Source: a virus. From it: DNA of 64,000 nucleotides. Positions 55,348 to 64,000 of this stretch are shown here, in pieces (the first letter of the stretch is position 1; each line of letters begins with the position of its first letter). The stretch lies in the IMG/VR virus record IMGVR_UViG_3300011113_000287, positions 28,156-92,155 of that record, one strand, 5' to 3'. Under the pieces are notes generated by a model, which made no database searches, had not been told where the DNA came from, and saw nothing but the letters and a program-made list of their open reading frames with translations. The position numbers were made by a program, and so were the translations under genes.

Positions 55348-56436
55348 TCAGGAAGCCCCGATTGCGCCACCCTTGGTGTTGATGAGCACACGGCTCTCGT
55401 GAGTGATGACTCCAAAGCCCCAGATGGCGTACCACGCCAAACCGTGCTCACGACCAAAGTCAATGACGCCACCGTCACGGAGTTCAACAGGAAGTGCAAT
55501 TGCCTGACCGAAAGCGTTGTCACCAATCATGATGGCACTGTACGAGTCGGCAGTTGGGTCCTGCACACCACCGCTGGACGGGTTCACGTCAACGTAGCCG
55601 TTTGGTCCCCTGAGAACCTGAGTGGTCTCAATGAACACGACGTCGTAGAGGCGACCAATTTCACCCAGCATGAAGTTGCCAGGAGCAGCGTATTTGGTGA
55701 CTTCAATGAACTCAGGCCAGTCACGGAGCGAGCGGCTCTGCGACGGGTGAACGAAGCACACGTAGGTGTCGCCAAGGCGAGGAATGTTCTGACCAGCCAA
55801 AATTTCAACTGCGTCCTTAATGGTCGCAGGCGAGAGGTAGCCAGGAGCATTTGCCGAACCAGCGGCGCTGTACTCGTACGGGGCGATAGAACCACGGGTG
55901 GAACCGTTGGTCAAACGACCAAACACCACGCTTGGCGGAACGGCTGCGCCACCACCAAAGGGGACGCCTGAAGCGTACAGCGTGTTGCGAGCCTGAATGT
56001 CCATGGACTGTGCCATGTGACGACCAAGGAGACGGGAAGCCGACGCCATGACGTCATCAAATGCCGCATTGAGCAGCAACTCGGTGACGGCAACTGCGTT
56101 GCCCTGTTCCTTGACCGTAATTTGAATCTGCGAAGCAGACAAGGCGTTCGGCTCCAAGCGCACACCTTCGGTCAACTCTGCGCCAACAGAAGCGTTGGTG
56201 GAGAGGTTGGTGTAACGCATGAAGTTAACCGTGAGACCAGGCATGACGCCCAATTCGGTCTTCTTAACGGCGAACTGCTCAAAGCGCAGAACGGGCATTG
56301 CCTGGAACAAGATTTCCTTGCTCCAGATTGTCTGGATTGCGGGCGACAGCGTGGAATCAGACGAGTAACCAGTCGTCGTAATTGACGCCAGGTTTGCACC
56401 CGTAATTGAACCACCTGCTGGTGCTGGAAGTGCCAT
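55348..56436 (-). CDS. major capsid protein (N4 gp56-like)
   Basis: F.QFA, LTEG, VHP.Q..LR, GEIG....V.FIET, DFGR..LAWY. Confidence 0.92.
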   Translation of the reverse strand: MALPAPAGGSITGANLASITTTGYSSDSTLSPAIQTIWSKEILFQAMPVLRFEQFAVKKTELGVMPGLTVNFMRYTNLSTNASVGAELTEGVRLEPNALSASQIQITVKEQGNAVAVTELLLNAAFDDVMASASRLLGRHMAQSMDIQARNTLYASGVPFGGGAAVPPSVVFGRLTNGSTRGSIAPYEYSAAGSANAPGYLSPATIKDAVEILAGQNIPRLGDTYVCFVHPSQSRSLRDWPEFIEVTKYAAPGNFMLGEIGRLYDVVFIETTQVLRGPNGYVDVNPSSGGVQDPTADSYSAIMIGDNAFGQAIALPVELRDGGVIDFGREHGLAWYAIWGFGVITHESRVLINTKGGAIGAS

Positions 56437-56494
56437 TGGGAATATCCTCCGTGGATAGTTGTTGTTTGTTAGTTGTTTGTTCTAAACGGTTTCG

Positions 56495-57295
56495 TTAGAA
56501 ACGTCCCCGTGAAGAACGTGCGTTCAAGAGTCTCTCACGCATTTTCTGATACTGTTCCATTGACATGTTCCGAATGTCTTCGGCTGTCAACGTCTGCTGC
56601 TCCATCTGAGTTTCCATTGGCCCAACGGGTGGGGCTGTAACCCCCGCACCCTTCAAGCGACTTTGGGATTCCGCAGTTGCTCGCTGAACGTTTTCAAGAA
56701 TAGCAGAACTAACTTCCTTGTACCTGTTAATTTGTGATTCAATTTCTTCTTCGGTTGAACCACTAACCAAACCCAAAAGTTCGGGAATAATGTGTTCTTG
56801 CTCTTCCTGCATACGGCGACCAATGTAATTTTGTAACTCTTGATGGCGGCGTTCCTTTTCCAAAAGGGCTGCCTGTGCCTGACGGTCACGGTCAATTTCC
56901 TCAAGACGAGCCTTCCACTCATTCTCAACAGTGTTGAGTTTCTGATTGAACTCGGTTTCCTGACGGAGGAGGAGTTCCTTAGCCGACAACTCCTCAAACT
57001 CCTTTTCCTTGAGAGCCTTGGCTTCCGCCTTTGCACGCTTCTCGGCTTCTTTGATAGCCGCCTCACGCTCCTCAGCAAGGACCTTCAACTTCTCTTCCAA
57101 GGCTTTGACACGACCATCGGCGTCATCAACCTTCTTGTACAACTTGTCTTTTTCCTGCTTACGAATGTTCTCCACCTCATCTTCGGTGAAGATACGCCCC
57201 TTTGGAGCCTGACCAGTTACCTGGGCAGCCTCCTCTTTGAACGTTTCAGTCGCCTCCACTGGAATGACGACTTCATCCTGTGCTTGCTTTGCCAT
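56495..57295 (-). CDS. capsid scaffolding protein
   Basis: coiled-coil, FTEDEV, MSMEQY..R..L; lies between portal and MCP. Confidence 0.85.
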   Translation of the reverse strand: MAKQAQDEVVIPVEATETFKEEAAQVTGQAPKGRIFTEDEVENIRKQEKDKLYKKVDDADGRVKALEEKLKVLAEEREAAIKEAEKRAKAEAKALKEKEFEELSAKELLLRQETEFNQKLNTVENEWKARLEEIDRDRQAQAALLEKERRHQELQNYIGRRMQEEQEHIIPELLGLVSGSTEEEIESQINRYKEVSSAILENVQRATAESQSRLKGAGVTAPPVGPMETQMEQQTLTAEDIRNMSMEQYQKMRERLLNARSSRGRF

Positions 57296-57345
57296 AAGTG
57301 TTACCTCGCTAGTTTGGCTGATATTAACTTGTGTAATTAAACGTT

Positions 57346-59028
57346 TTATTCTTCACTAGGACTACGACGCTGGGCGAACCTAGCACCGTAAGCCTTACTT
57401 ACCAATTGATTCATCAAATCTGATTCTACAGGGCCGACAGCCGTTCCAGGCATGCCTGCTCCAGAATCTCCCGTAGACGACACGTCAGAACCACCTGCCG
57501 AAGTCGCTGCGGGACCCTCACCTCCTGGAACCATGCCCGTTGCGAGCATGACCGCCATTTGGATTTGAGAATTGAGCATGGTTAACGCACCTTGGTCAAT
57601 GGCGTCGTCCATAAGTTCTTCAAAGATTTCTTCCATCTTTTCGTTCGGGAACTCTTCGCCAAGGATACGCAAGGCTCCACGCTTGGATTCAAGCCCAAGA
57701 CCCATCTTGGCTTGAACCTCATTAAGTTTGATAAGAACATCCACGGGCAACGGTTCGGGCCAGTGAACGCTAGTTTTGTAGGTAATAGGGTCTGCTGGGT
57801 CCAACTGGGTCAAATGGTCACGCTCAGGACGGGCAGCCCTCATAGGGTTGTATACGAGCATTTCAGGACGGAATACAGCAGCAGTACGGATAACAAGTTC
57901 GTTGATGCTTTCAAGTCCCTTTGTGAAATGGGTCTTCTTCATTGAGTAACGGTTCATCAATGGCTGGTATTGGATGGCAAGGGCAACGCCGCTGGTGTTG
58001 GAAACGGGCTGGAATTGACCAAGGGCTGCTTCAGGGATGCCCGTAATTTCGTGCATCGTGCGCTTCAAGAATTGAATGTACTCCAAAGCACCAGACATCT
58101 CACCACGTGATTCAAGGTTGAATACATTGGCGTCTTTGGGGAGACCAGCCCACACCTTCTTCGGCCCACGCTCAAGTTGGCTTGCTTTTGCACCAGTAAT
58201 AATGGTGACGGGAGCAGCGTGATAGTTGATGATGTCGGACACCTCAACCATTTTTTCGTTCAACTCACGGTTGAGGGGAATGATATCCCAAATGTCTGAT
58301 TGACCCCAAGGCGAAGAAGAGATACTAACGTTTGGAATATGTACAACTGGCACGGAGCCAATAGCATTTGGATACTCGTCAATCAGTTCATCGTTGATGA
58401 ATTGCTGAACCATTTCGTCAGACAAGATTTCCGTGAACGTGTAAACCTGACGAGTGCCTTCGGCAGAGGTTCCCCAAAAACGATACTTAAGTTTAAACCT
58501 CAACAAACGGTCACGGTCATGCGGATGGTACTCAGGAAAGCAGTGCGCTGGGTTTAGAGGAATGACACGAATACGCCCCTCGTGCGGGATACCAACGGTG
58601 TCTACATAAGGCTCCTCGTAGGCAACCTTGACAAAGCAGTCTCCAGTGACGCCAGCCAATTGCCCCATTTCCCACAGCACTTTATGCTTGTTGTTGTGAC
58701 CGTTCCAAACGTCGTCTAGCAAGTGGGGAATAATTGCAGTGTTTTGTTCTGGGCATTTGAATTGAACACCTTTACCAAAACAAAAGTTGGTAATGTAATC
58801 CGCCATTGTGCGAACGTAGTTAAGGTAAAACGCCGATTCTCCCATTTCACGGCGATATGACCAATGGTGTCCCAAATACCACGCCCATGCCGACGAGTAG
58901 CGGTTCAGGCGAGGACCATGAACCTCAAACTCTTCATCGGCAAGTTCCACCAACCCCAACGGGCTGATGGCTACCGTCAGGTCACTGGCAGCAGCACGAT
59001 AAGATGGTGACCAAAAGTCAATTGCCAT
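57346..59028 (-). CDS. portal protein (SPP1 gp6-like)
   Basis: GD.FVKV, PVVHIPN, WGQSD, SGVAL. Confidence 0.9.
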   Translation of the reverse strand: MAIDFWSPSYRAAASDLTVAISPLGLVELADEEFEVHGPRLNRYSSAWAWYLGHHWSYRREMGESAFYLNYVRTMADYITNFCFGKGVQFKCPEQNTAIIPHLLDDVWNGHNNKHKVLWEMGQLAGVTGDCFVKVAYEEPYVDTVGIPHEGRIRVIPLNPAHCFPEYHPHDRDRLLRFKLKYRFWGTSAEGTRQVYTFTEILSDEMVQQFINDELIDEYPNAIGSVPVVHIPNVSISSSPWGQSDIWDIIPLNRELNEKMVEVSDIINYHAAPVTIITGAKASQLERGPKKVWAGLPKDANVFNLESRGEMSGALEYIQFLKRTMHEITGIPEAALGQFQPVSNTSGVALAIQYQPLMNRYSMKKTHFTKGLESINELVIRTAAVFRPEMLVYNPMRAARPERDHLTQLDPADPITYKTSVHWPEPLPVDVLIKLNEVQAKMGLGLESKRGALRILGEEFPNEKMEEIFEELMDDAIDQGALTMLNSQIQMAVMLATGMVPGGEGPAATSAGGSDVSSTGDSGAGMPGTAVGPVESDLMNQLVSKAYGARFAQRRSPSEE

Positions 59029-59035
59029 TTGTTAC

Positions 59036-59341
59036 TTACTTCTTCTTTTTCTTAGCAACGGCTTTCTTAGTAGCAGAAACCTGAGCGACAGCAGTCGGCT
59101 TAGCAACGGTTTCCTTAACAACAGCATCAATGACCTTCTTGTGCTTTACAAAGAAATTGGCAACAGACGGGTCGCCAACCCATGTGCTGGCAGCGTTAAG
59201 AAAGTACAAAAGCACGGGAAGAATGACGACGTTAAGGGCGGGGTCAACGTTCCACGTAGAAAGAAGGTACGATGCGACTCCGACTGCACCGCCCTTGGTT
59301 GCGACGTCGGCTAGTTCGGATACTTGCAGTTTCTTAGACAT
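59036..59341 (-). CDS. membrane protein, holin-like
   Basis: two hydrophobic segments, basic C-terminus. Confidence 0.55.
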   Translation of the reverse strand: MSKKLQVSELADVATKGGAVGVASYLLSTWNVDPALNVVILPVLLYFLNAASTWVGDPSVANFFVKHKKVIDAVVKETVAKPTAVAQVSATKKAVAKKKKK

Positions 59342-59368
59342 ATGTTCTCCTATAGGTGATTGTGATAA

Positions 59369-59998
59369 TTATACCGTTTTGCGTCGTTTTGTGCTCACCT
59401 TTTGCCCTTGCACAAACGCTTGGTACGGTGCGCCTGTTCCAGAGTCGTATTTGGAGGCGACAGCCAAGGCACGAAGAGCAATGCTTCTTGCCTGCTGTGA
59501 GTTAAGTTTTTTGTTACGAATTAAAACAGTCATGGCTCCCAAGGCATAGGCTGACCCACTTCCAAGTGAGTACAACCCAGACGCTTCAGAAGACCAAGAG
59601 TAATCAGACTCAATTACGTATATTTGAGAATTAATAGCAACGATAATAGAAGACCCTTGCTCCGCAATATGGCTTTTATCATCACGGTCTGGGACCGAAT
59701 AACCCTGTGTGTCAAAACATTCACGTAATGCTGGTATGAACTTAGAGGTAAAGAACTGGTCTAGTTTTTTACCACGTAGGTTTTGAGGGGGCTGTGGCGG
59801 TTGAAACACATGATGAAGAATGTTTATTGCCCGAACGTCTCCAGCGGCTCCAATTAAGTATTTACCATTTTGTGCCAATTTACCAGAACCTTCTCGCAAC
59901 GTTCCAATTTGGTATCCACCATCACTTTCGGTGCTGATACGTGAGTCAGCACAAATTACCGCAAACTCTTCTCCCTGAATACCAACAATGGTTGTCAT
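59369..59998 (-). CDS. proteasome-beta/HslV-like Ntn threonine protease
   Basis: MTTIVG (Thr1), ADSR, K, AGD, GSGSAYALG, D..TG. Confidence 0.88.
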   Translation of the reverse strand: MTTIVGIQGEEFAVICADSRISTESDGGYQIGTLREGSGKLAQNGKYLIGAAGDVRAINILHHVFQPPQPPQNLRGKKLDQFFTSKFIPALRECFDTQGYSVPDRDDKSHIAEQGSSIIVAINSQIYVIESDYSWSSEASGLYSLGSGSAYALGAMTVLIRNKKLNSQQARSIALRALAVASKYDSGTGAPYQAFVQGQKVSTKRRKTV

Positions 59999-60000
59999 GG

Positions 60001-61152
60001 TTACTCGGCAACAAGTTCAACGCCTCGGTACATGCCCCAACCGTTGTAAATAGGCATCACCTCGTACGAGAATTTATGGTCTCCCTTGTCTTCGTACGTG
60101 ACTACTCCGACGCCTTGTTGCCAGTTTTCGTACCGAACAATCGGACGCCCGTCAAGGTCCACACCACCTTTTGTAGACGGTACAGCACCATCAATACGGG
60201 CAAGACAACCAGGGGAAGCAGCCATAATAGTGCGAGGCCCGTCAAAATCTTCCCTTGTTTTAAACGCTGTTTCAATCCTGTGGATGTGTCCATATATCAC
60301 GCTCGTCTTTTCGTTGTTCAAATAAACGTGAGCCGTTGAGCCAGAAGACTTCACACGGTCACCGTGAATGATTCTGAGTTTCTCATTAATCCAATAATCA
60401 GACGCAGGATAACCAGGGCGGTATTCCACTTTGTATTCATCCATACGGCACAAGTATGGGACAGTGAGAACGGGCCATGATTCTGGTGTATTTCCTTTGC
60501 GAAGACCGTAGGCCGCAGCCGCATTGGTAAGAAGATACTTAGGCATGCGTTCTTCGTGGTTACCAGCAAGCCATGCAATCTTTGCGTACGGTGCGGCATC
60601 ACGAAGTTCGGCGCACAGCAGCGCAGCCCTGTCAATGGCGGCTTGTGTAGTTTGTTGGTAGGCAGGAGTAGTTAGGTACTTGCCCATTTCAGGAAAGTCA
60701 AGGTTGTCACCAACACAAACAACCGTGTCTGGTTCCACCAACCGAATCAATTCAAGAACTATACGTATTGCACGTTCGTCGTGAGTTGGTTCCAATTTCC
60801 CGTCACGACCACGGTAGTAACCGATTTGTGCGTCTGGAACTACAACGCACTTTTTGAATTTTGTTTTTTTCAACGTGCGTGCTTTTTTAGGTGGTAGTTT
60901 TACCACAGGACCCTGTTGGATAACAGGCCACTTTGGACCACTATCCCACGTTGGTGCAAATTGAATTGCGGCGAGGTCGTGTACCTCTGCCTCACCCTCT
61001 TCGTTTTTTGTCAATGATTGGTAAATGGAAACACGGCTAACGTCACCAATGTCGGCAACATCAATGTTCTTTCGTTTCAAAAGTTCAAGGAGGTCTCCCA
61101 AAACCTTTTCACGTTTTTCTGGTCCGTTTAAGTCATCCTTCAAGTTGGTCAC
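60001..61152 (-). CDS. calcineurin-like metallophosphoesterase
   Basis: PDAQ, GDNLD, GNHE, HG, GHIHR. Confidence 0.88.
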   Translation of the reverse strand: MTNLKDDLNGPEKREKVLGDLLELLKRKNIDVADIGDVSRVSIYQSLTKNEEGEAEVHDLAAIQFAPTWDSGPKWPVIQQGPVVKLPPKKARTLKKTKFKKCVVVPDAQIGYYRGRDGKLEPTHDERAIRIVLELIRLVEPDTVVCVGDNLDFPEMGKYLTTPAYQQTTQAAIDRAALLCAELRDAAPYAKIAWLAGNHEERMPKYLLTNAAAAYGLRKGNTPESWPVLTVPYLCRMDEYKVEYRPGYPASDYWINEKLRIIHGDRVKSSGSTAHVYLNNEKTSVIYGHIHRIETAFKTREDFDGPRTIMAASPGCLARIDGAVPSTKGGVDLDGRPIVRYENWQQGVGVVTYEDKGDHKFSYEVMPIYNGWGMYRGVELVAE

Positions 61153-61429
61153 AAGAGCACTCCTTGTTTACGTGTCGTTGTACTGTACTTACGCTTATTT
61201 GGTAACCGTTCTTACGTAACACTTTAGCAAGCCACACACTGCTATGCGACCTGTTTTTACCGTTGAAACTTGATGAGCGAATAAGGTCAACGGCTTTTAC
61301 CAAAGCCTCACGCTCGTCTCCTTCCAATGATTCAATCAACCGACCTATTTTGCAAGGGTAGTTTTTTACTTGTTTTGATTGGTTTGTGAGGTCGTTTAGC
61401 AGCGACGACTTGTCCATGTTGTGCTCCAA
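61133..61429 (-). CDS. small HTH-like protein
   Basis: LAKVL...ISVSTVQRH...CSC. Confidence 0.6.
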   Translation of the reverse strand: MEHNMDKSSLLNDLTNQSKQVKNYPCKIGRLIESLEGDEREALVKAVDLIRSSSFNGKNRSHSSVWLAKVLRKNGYQISVSTVQRHVNKECSCDQLEG

Positions 61430-61441
61430 GTTGTTGACGAA

Positions 61442-62245
61442 TTACGCAGTGAGTGCATCCCACGTACGTTGATTGCAAACACCATTGGTTTGTAGGTTAG
61501 CAGACTTTTTGAAATAGTTGACGGCCTTCTGAGTAGCAAGGTCAAAATCACCGTTGACAGGGCAGGCAAACCCTTTTTTATTTAGAAGGTTTTGCAGTTC
61601 TTTTACCTTTTCTCCCTTGTCGCCCAACTTCAGTTTTAGACCTCCGTCGTCTTCTTTTTGCTGGACGATAGGTTCCGTTTTACCTTCTGGGGCTTTAATA
61701 CCGTTTTTATCCATGTAGGCTTTGACCGCAGCAGGAACATCGTCACCGTTTACATATCGCAGATGCCATGGTTCTTCTGGCACAACTTCCCAACTAAAAC
61801 CAAAAGTTTTAACGTTGTCAATCAACCACTTAAGACGCTTTGTCTCAGCAGCAGTATGAACGTCAACAGCCAAACCGCTATTATGCTGACTCGTACCAGG
61901 CGCAGCAAGGCTGGCAAGTTTTGGGTCTTTTTTATACCACTTGACACCTTCAAACGTCCTCGTTGCGTTACCGTTGGGTTCTTTGGTGTAACGCTGTTTG
62001 AACGCTGCAAGTTGGGAATCATACGTGCGGTAGGTATCGCCAGCCGAGACGGGCTTAAGTTCTACGCCGTCAGCCTTTGCCTTTTCAACCATGGCTGCCC
62101 ACGCTGCTGCGGCAAGCCAATGCAGTTTGCCACCACCAACGGCGGGACGGAGCAAGTGCTCAGGCAACCTACCAGGCTGCACGCCTTTCAAATCGGCAGG
62201 CATCTTTACTGGAACAACGTAGTCCCAATCAACTTTCTTGGACAT
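61442..62245 (-). CDS. endolysin: M15 (VanY-like) peptidase plus peptidoglycan-binding domain
   Basis: YRT..Q, PGTSQHNSGLAVD, EPWH; LKLGDKG..VKELQ..L...G.F...T..AV. Confidence 0.9.
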   Translation of the reverse strand: MSKKVDWDYVVPVKMPADLKGVQPGRLPEHLLRPAVGGGKLHWLAAAAWAAMVEKAKADGVELKPVSAGDTYRTYDSQLAAFKQRYTKEPNGNATRTFEGVKWYKKDPKLASLAAPGTSQHNSGLAVDVHTAAETKRLKWLIDNVKTFGFSWEVVPEEPWHLRYVNGDDVPAAVKAYMDKNGIKAPEGKTEPIVQQKEDDGGLKLKLGDKGEKVKELQNLLNKKGFACPVNGDFDLATQKAVNYFKKSANLQTNGVCNQRTWDALTA

Positions 62246-62510
62246 TATCTATCTCCTCATTGGTAGTTTCTTTATTACGACCAGTTGAAATCATCAAACC
62301 AGCCAACGTTCCAGTGATAAACGTGGCTACTGACGACAACACGCCAAAGAACATTTTATCGTTCTCTGACTGCACACCGATAGGCTGGGTGACAAACACC
62401 AAAGCGTACAACACTCCCGCAGTGGTAATTGTTAATACGGCTGCTAATACACACCCAACAACAAACTTAAGTCGTGCATCAAGGTCCTCTGGAGTAAGTC
62501 TATTTTTCAT
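62229..62510 (-). CDS. two-TM membrane protein (holin-like)
   Basis: two long hydrophobic helices; adjacent to endolysin. Confidence 0.65.
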   Translation of the reverse strand: MKNRLTPEDLDARLKFVVGCVLAAVLTITTAGVLYALVFVTQPIGVQSENDKMFFGVLSSVATFITGTLAGLMISTGRNKETTNEEIDNVQES

Positions 62511-62688
62511 TGGTTTCCTCCCAATCAAATCCGATAAGGTCTTTTGAGCAAGCGCCATCTACTTTGCATAGTGGCGGATTGCACTCTTCTTTTGCCCAAT
62601 TAACTGGGTCTTGGCATTCGTACCTATAATGTCCATCGTAGCCACAGCCAGACAATAGTAACCCAATGCTGAAAAGTATACGTTTCAT
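62500..62688 (-). CDS. small Cys-rich lipoprotein
   Basis: MKR + hydrophobic stretch + LSGC lipobox; four further Cys. Confidence 0.7.
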   Translation of the reverse strand: MKRILFSIGLLLSGCGYDGHYRYECQDPVNWAKEECNPPLCKVDGACSKDLIGFDWEETNEK

Positions 62689-62735
62689 GCCTCTTCTATT
62701 CTACACCACCACTGTTTGTAGTATAGACTGTATGT

Positions 62736-63026
62736 ATGGTTGTAACCTATCAAGTGCTGACGCTCAGCAACGCCTCAGCAACAGCCGTCTCTCTTGAAAA
62801 CAACGAATTAGTTGAACACGACATTGAGTTGTACGTCCAAAATCTTAGTGACACCGCCTATGTTTATATTGGCAATTCAAGTGTTACATCATCATCATTT
62901 GGCATGCGTCTTGGACCAAATGATTCAATGACTTTTGATTACCGTGGTTACGACAGCAGGCCAACCTTTTACGGCATTGCAAGTGCTAACAATACATTGG
63001 TAAGTGTGTTTAGAGTACAACGATGA
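62736..63026 (+). CDS. small beta-rich protein, possibly structural
   Basis: VQN....VYIG.S.VTSSSFG..L; TAGACT 6 nt upstream. Confidence 0.7.
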   Translation: MVVTYQVLTLSNASATAVSLENNELVEHDIELYVQNLSDTAYVYIGNSSVTSSSFGMRLGPNDSMTFDYRGYDSRPTFYGIASANNTLVSVFRVQR

Positions 63027-63484
63027 CCGCACCTGGTCTTCATCGCCTCATTGCTCCCATTAGCACTGGTGGTATTACTGGTAAGTCAATTCCATATTCT
63101 CCTGTGTGGTCATCTTTAGGAAATGGTATTGTTCCTTCAAACGGTGGCACTGGTGCCGTTGTTGGTAGTTATTCACTGGTTGGAAATTTAGTTTATTTTG
63201 AAGTTAAGATAACTCTTACTAATGTTACTGATTTTGGCACTGGTCAATACACACTGACCGTTCCTTTTGCACCAGCACAAAACCAAGCATTTCGCACTGC
63301 TGGACTACACGAAGGGTCTAACCATTACGCATTGATGTTAGACGTGATTGGTGGAAACACTACAGGAAAATTGTATTATGCTGGTTCAAATGGTCAGGAC
63401 TTACCAATGTCCAAAAATGACCCCCACGTCATTGATACGCTGGATTTCTTCTACGTTTCTGGCCTGTATTTGCGCCAGATTTAA
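63023..63484 (+). CDS. tail-fibre C-terminal-like beta protein
   Basis: YSPVW, GSY..VG.LV.F, FGTGQY.LTVPF, SG.Y; ATGA overlap. Confidence 0.65.
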   Translation: MTAPGLHRLIAPISTGGITGKSIPYSPVWSSLGNGIVPSNGGTGAVVGSYSLVGNLVYFEVKITLTNVTDFGTGQYTLTVPFAPAQNQAFRTAGLHEGSNHYALMLDVIGGNTTGKLYYAGSNGQDLPMSKNDPHVIDTLDFFYVSGLYLRQI

Positions 63485-63735
63485 AGTTCTTCCTCTTTTG
63501 GCGCCTTTTTATCTACTTTTGAAAATACTTCATTAATTTCTTCAAGGTCAAGTTTTCCGTCGTCTAAGAACTCACGTGACAAACCCTCAACAACGGTGGC
63601 AACACCAGCAATTCCCGCCATGAAAACGGCCTTCCAAACTGGAACGCCAGCGATAGTTCCAGCGCCGATAACTCCAAGACCGCTGGCGGCAAATGTCGCA
63701 ACGATTCGTAGCAAGATGTTTTTTGCAGTTTCCAT
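63481..63735 (-). CDS. membrane protein with DDGKL motif (holin-like)
   Basis: two hydrophobic segments; FLDDGKLD.EEIN. Confidence 0.65.
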   Translation of the reverse strand: METAKNILLRIVATFAASGLGVIGAGTIAGVPVWKAVFMAGIAGVATVVEGLSREFLDDGKLDLEEINEVFSKVDKKAPKEEEL

Positions 63736-63743
63736 ACCATTCC

Positions 63744-63959
63744 TTACTTTTTCTTACGAAGATGCCACTGAACATGGTCATGTAGGTCGCCCTTTACTTC
63801 CCGAACATCCGTTTTCAAGTCGTTGATGGCTTCCATCACAATGTTGTGGTCCTTGCGGTTTTCTTCACGAAAGTCTAAGACAAACTTGATTAGCCATCCA
63901 ATACCAGCCCCAATTACGGGAACGGCTGCGACGACGATTGCAACCCATGCTTCGTTCAT
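63744..63959 (-). CDS. single-TM coiled-coil membrane protein
   Basis: N-terminal TM, ENRKDH, coiled coil. Confidence 0.65.
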   Translation of the reverse strand: MNEAWVAIVVAAVPVIGAGIGWLIKFVLDFREENRKDHNIVMEAINDLKTDVREVKGDLHDHVQWHLRKKK

Positions 63960-64000
63960 GCCAACCGACCAAACCCAATCCCACGGTCTTTTGGTCCAAA

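Noticed and set aside
17-62547. Numerous plus-strand ORFs of 60-280 aa in the ORF track (e.g. 347-1036, 6621-7475, 18084-18701, 55303-55971)
   Set aside because: Antisense shadows of well-supported, tightly coupled minus-strand genes, with no recognisable motifs.
1-64000. Terminase large subunit, tRNAs, reverse transcriptase/DGR
   Set aside because: No matching motifs or cloverleafs recognised by eye; the terminase probably lies outside the window, and tRNAscan would be needed to exclude tRNAs.

Overview
A 64-kb segment of a large tailed dsDNA phage with a contractile tail. Two WhiB genes point to an actinobacterial host. Almost all genes are on the minus strand. Reading right to left in transcription order: lysis/membrane genes with an M15 endolysin, a metallophosphoesterase, a proteasome-beta/HslV-like protease, portal-scaffold-major capsid, neck, sheath, tube, a tape measure with two peptidoglycan-hydrolase domains, and baseplate (64-38 kb). 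Next comes a replication/recombination block (HTH initiator with internal iteron-like repeats, DnaC, DnaB, primase, SNF2 helicase, SSB, PolA, RecA, Cas4-like nuclease, two resolvase-like nucleases, SpoVS; 37-23.5 kb). A 9-kb cluster of small basic or disordered orphan proteins follows (23.5-14.3 kb), then nucleotide-metabolism/regulatory genes (14-8 kb) and an early-type region of small, mostly acidic ORFs (8-0 kb). No terminase large subunit, integrase, tRNA or CRISPR array was recognised. The most notable signal is that five otherwise unrelated proteins in the orphan cluster begin with the same ungapped ~17-aa N-terminal tag, M[AP][RKH]Gx[DN]ExxNxxR[RK]PxR. This is a candidate capsid-targeting/cargo-loading signal, and a second weaker tag family lies nearby. 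Also seen: seven co-oriented copies of (A)CGACCACACA around an HTH gene, and four copies of a promoter-like motif with a 19-bp spacer. All family assignments come from motif recognition, not database searches. Many starts were adjusted from the ORF track using RBS and stop/start overlaps.
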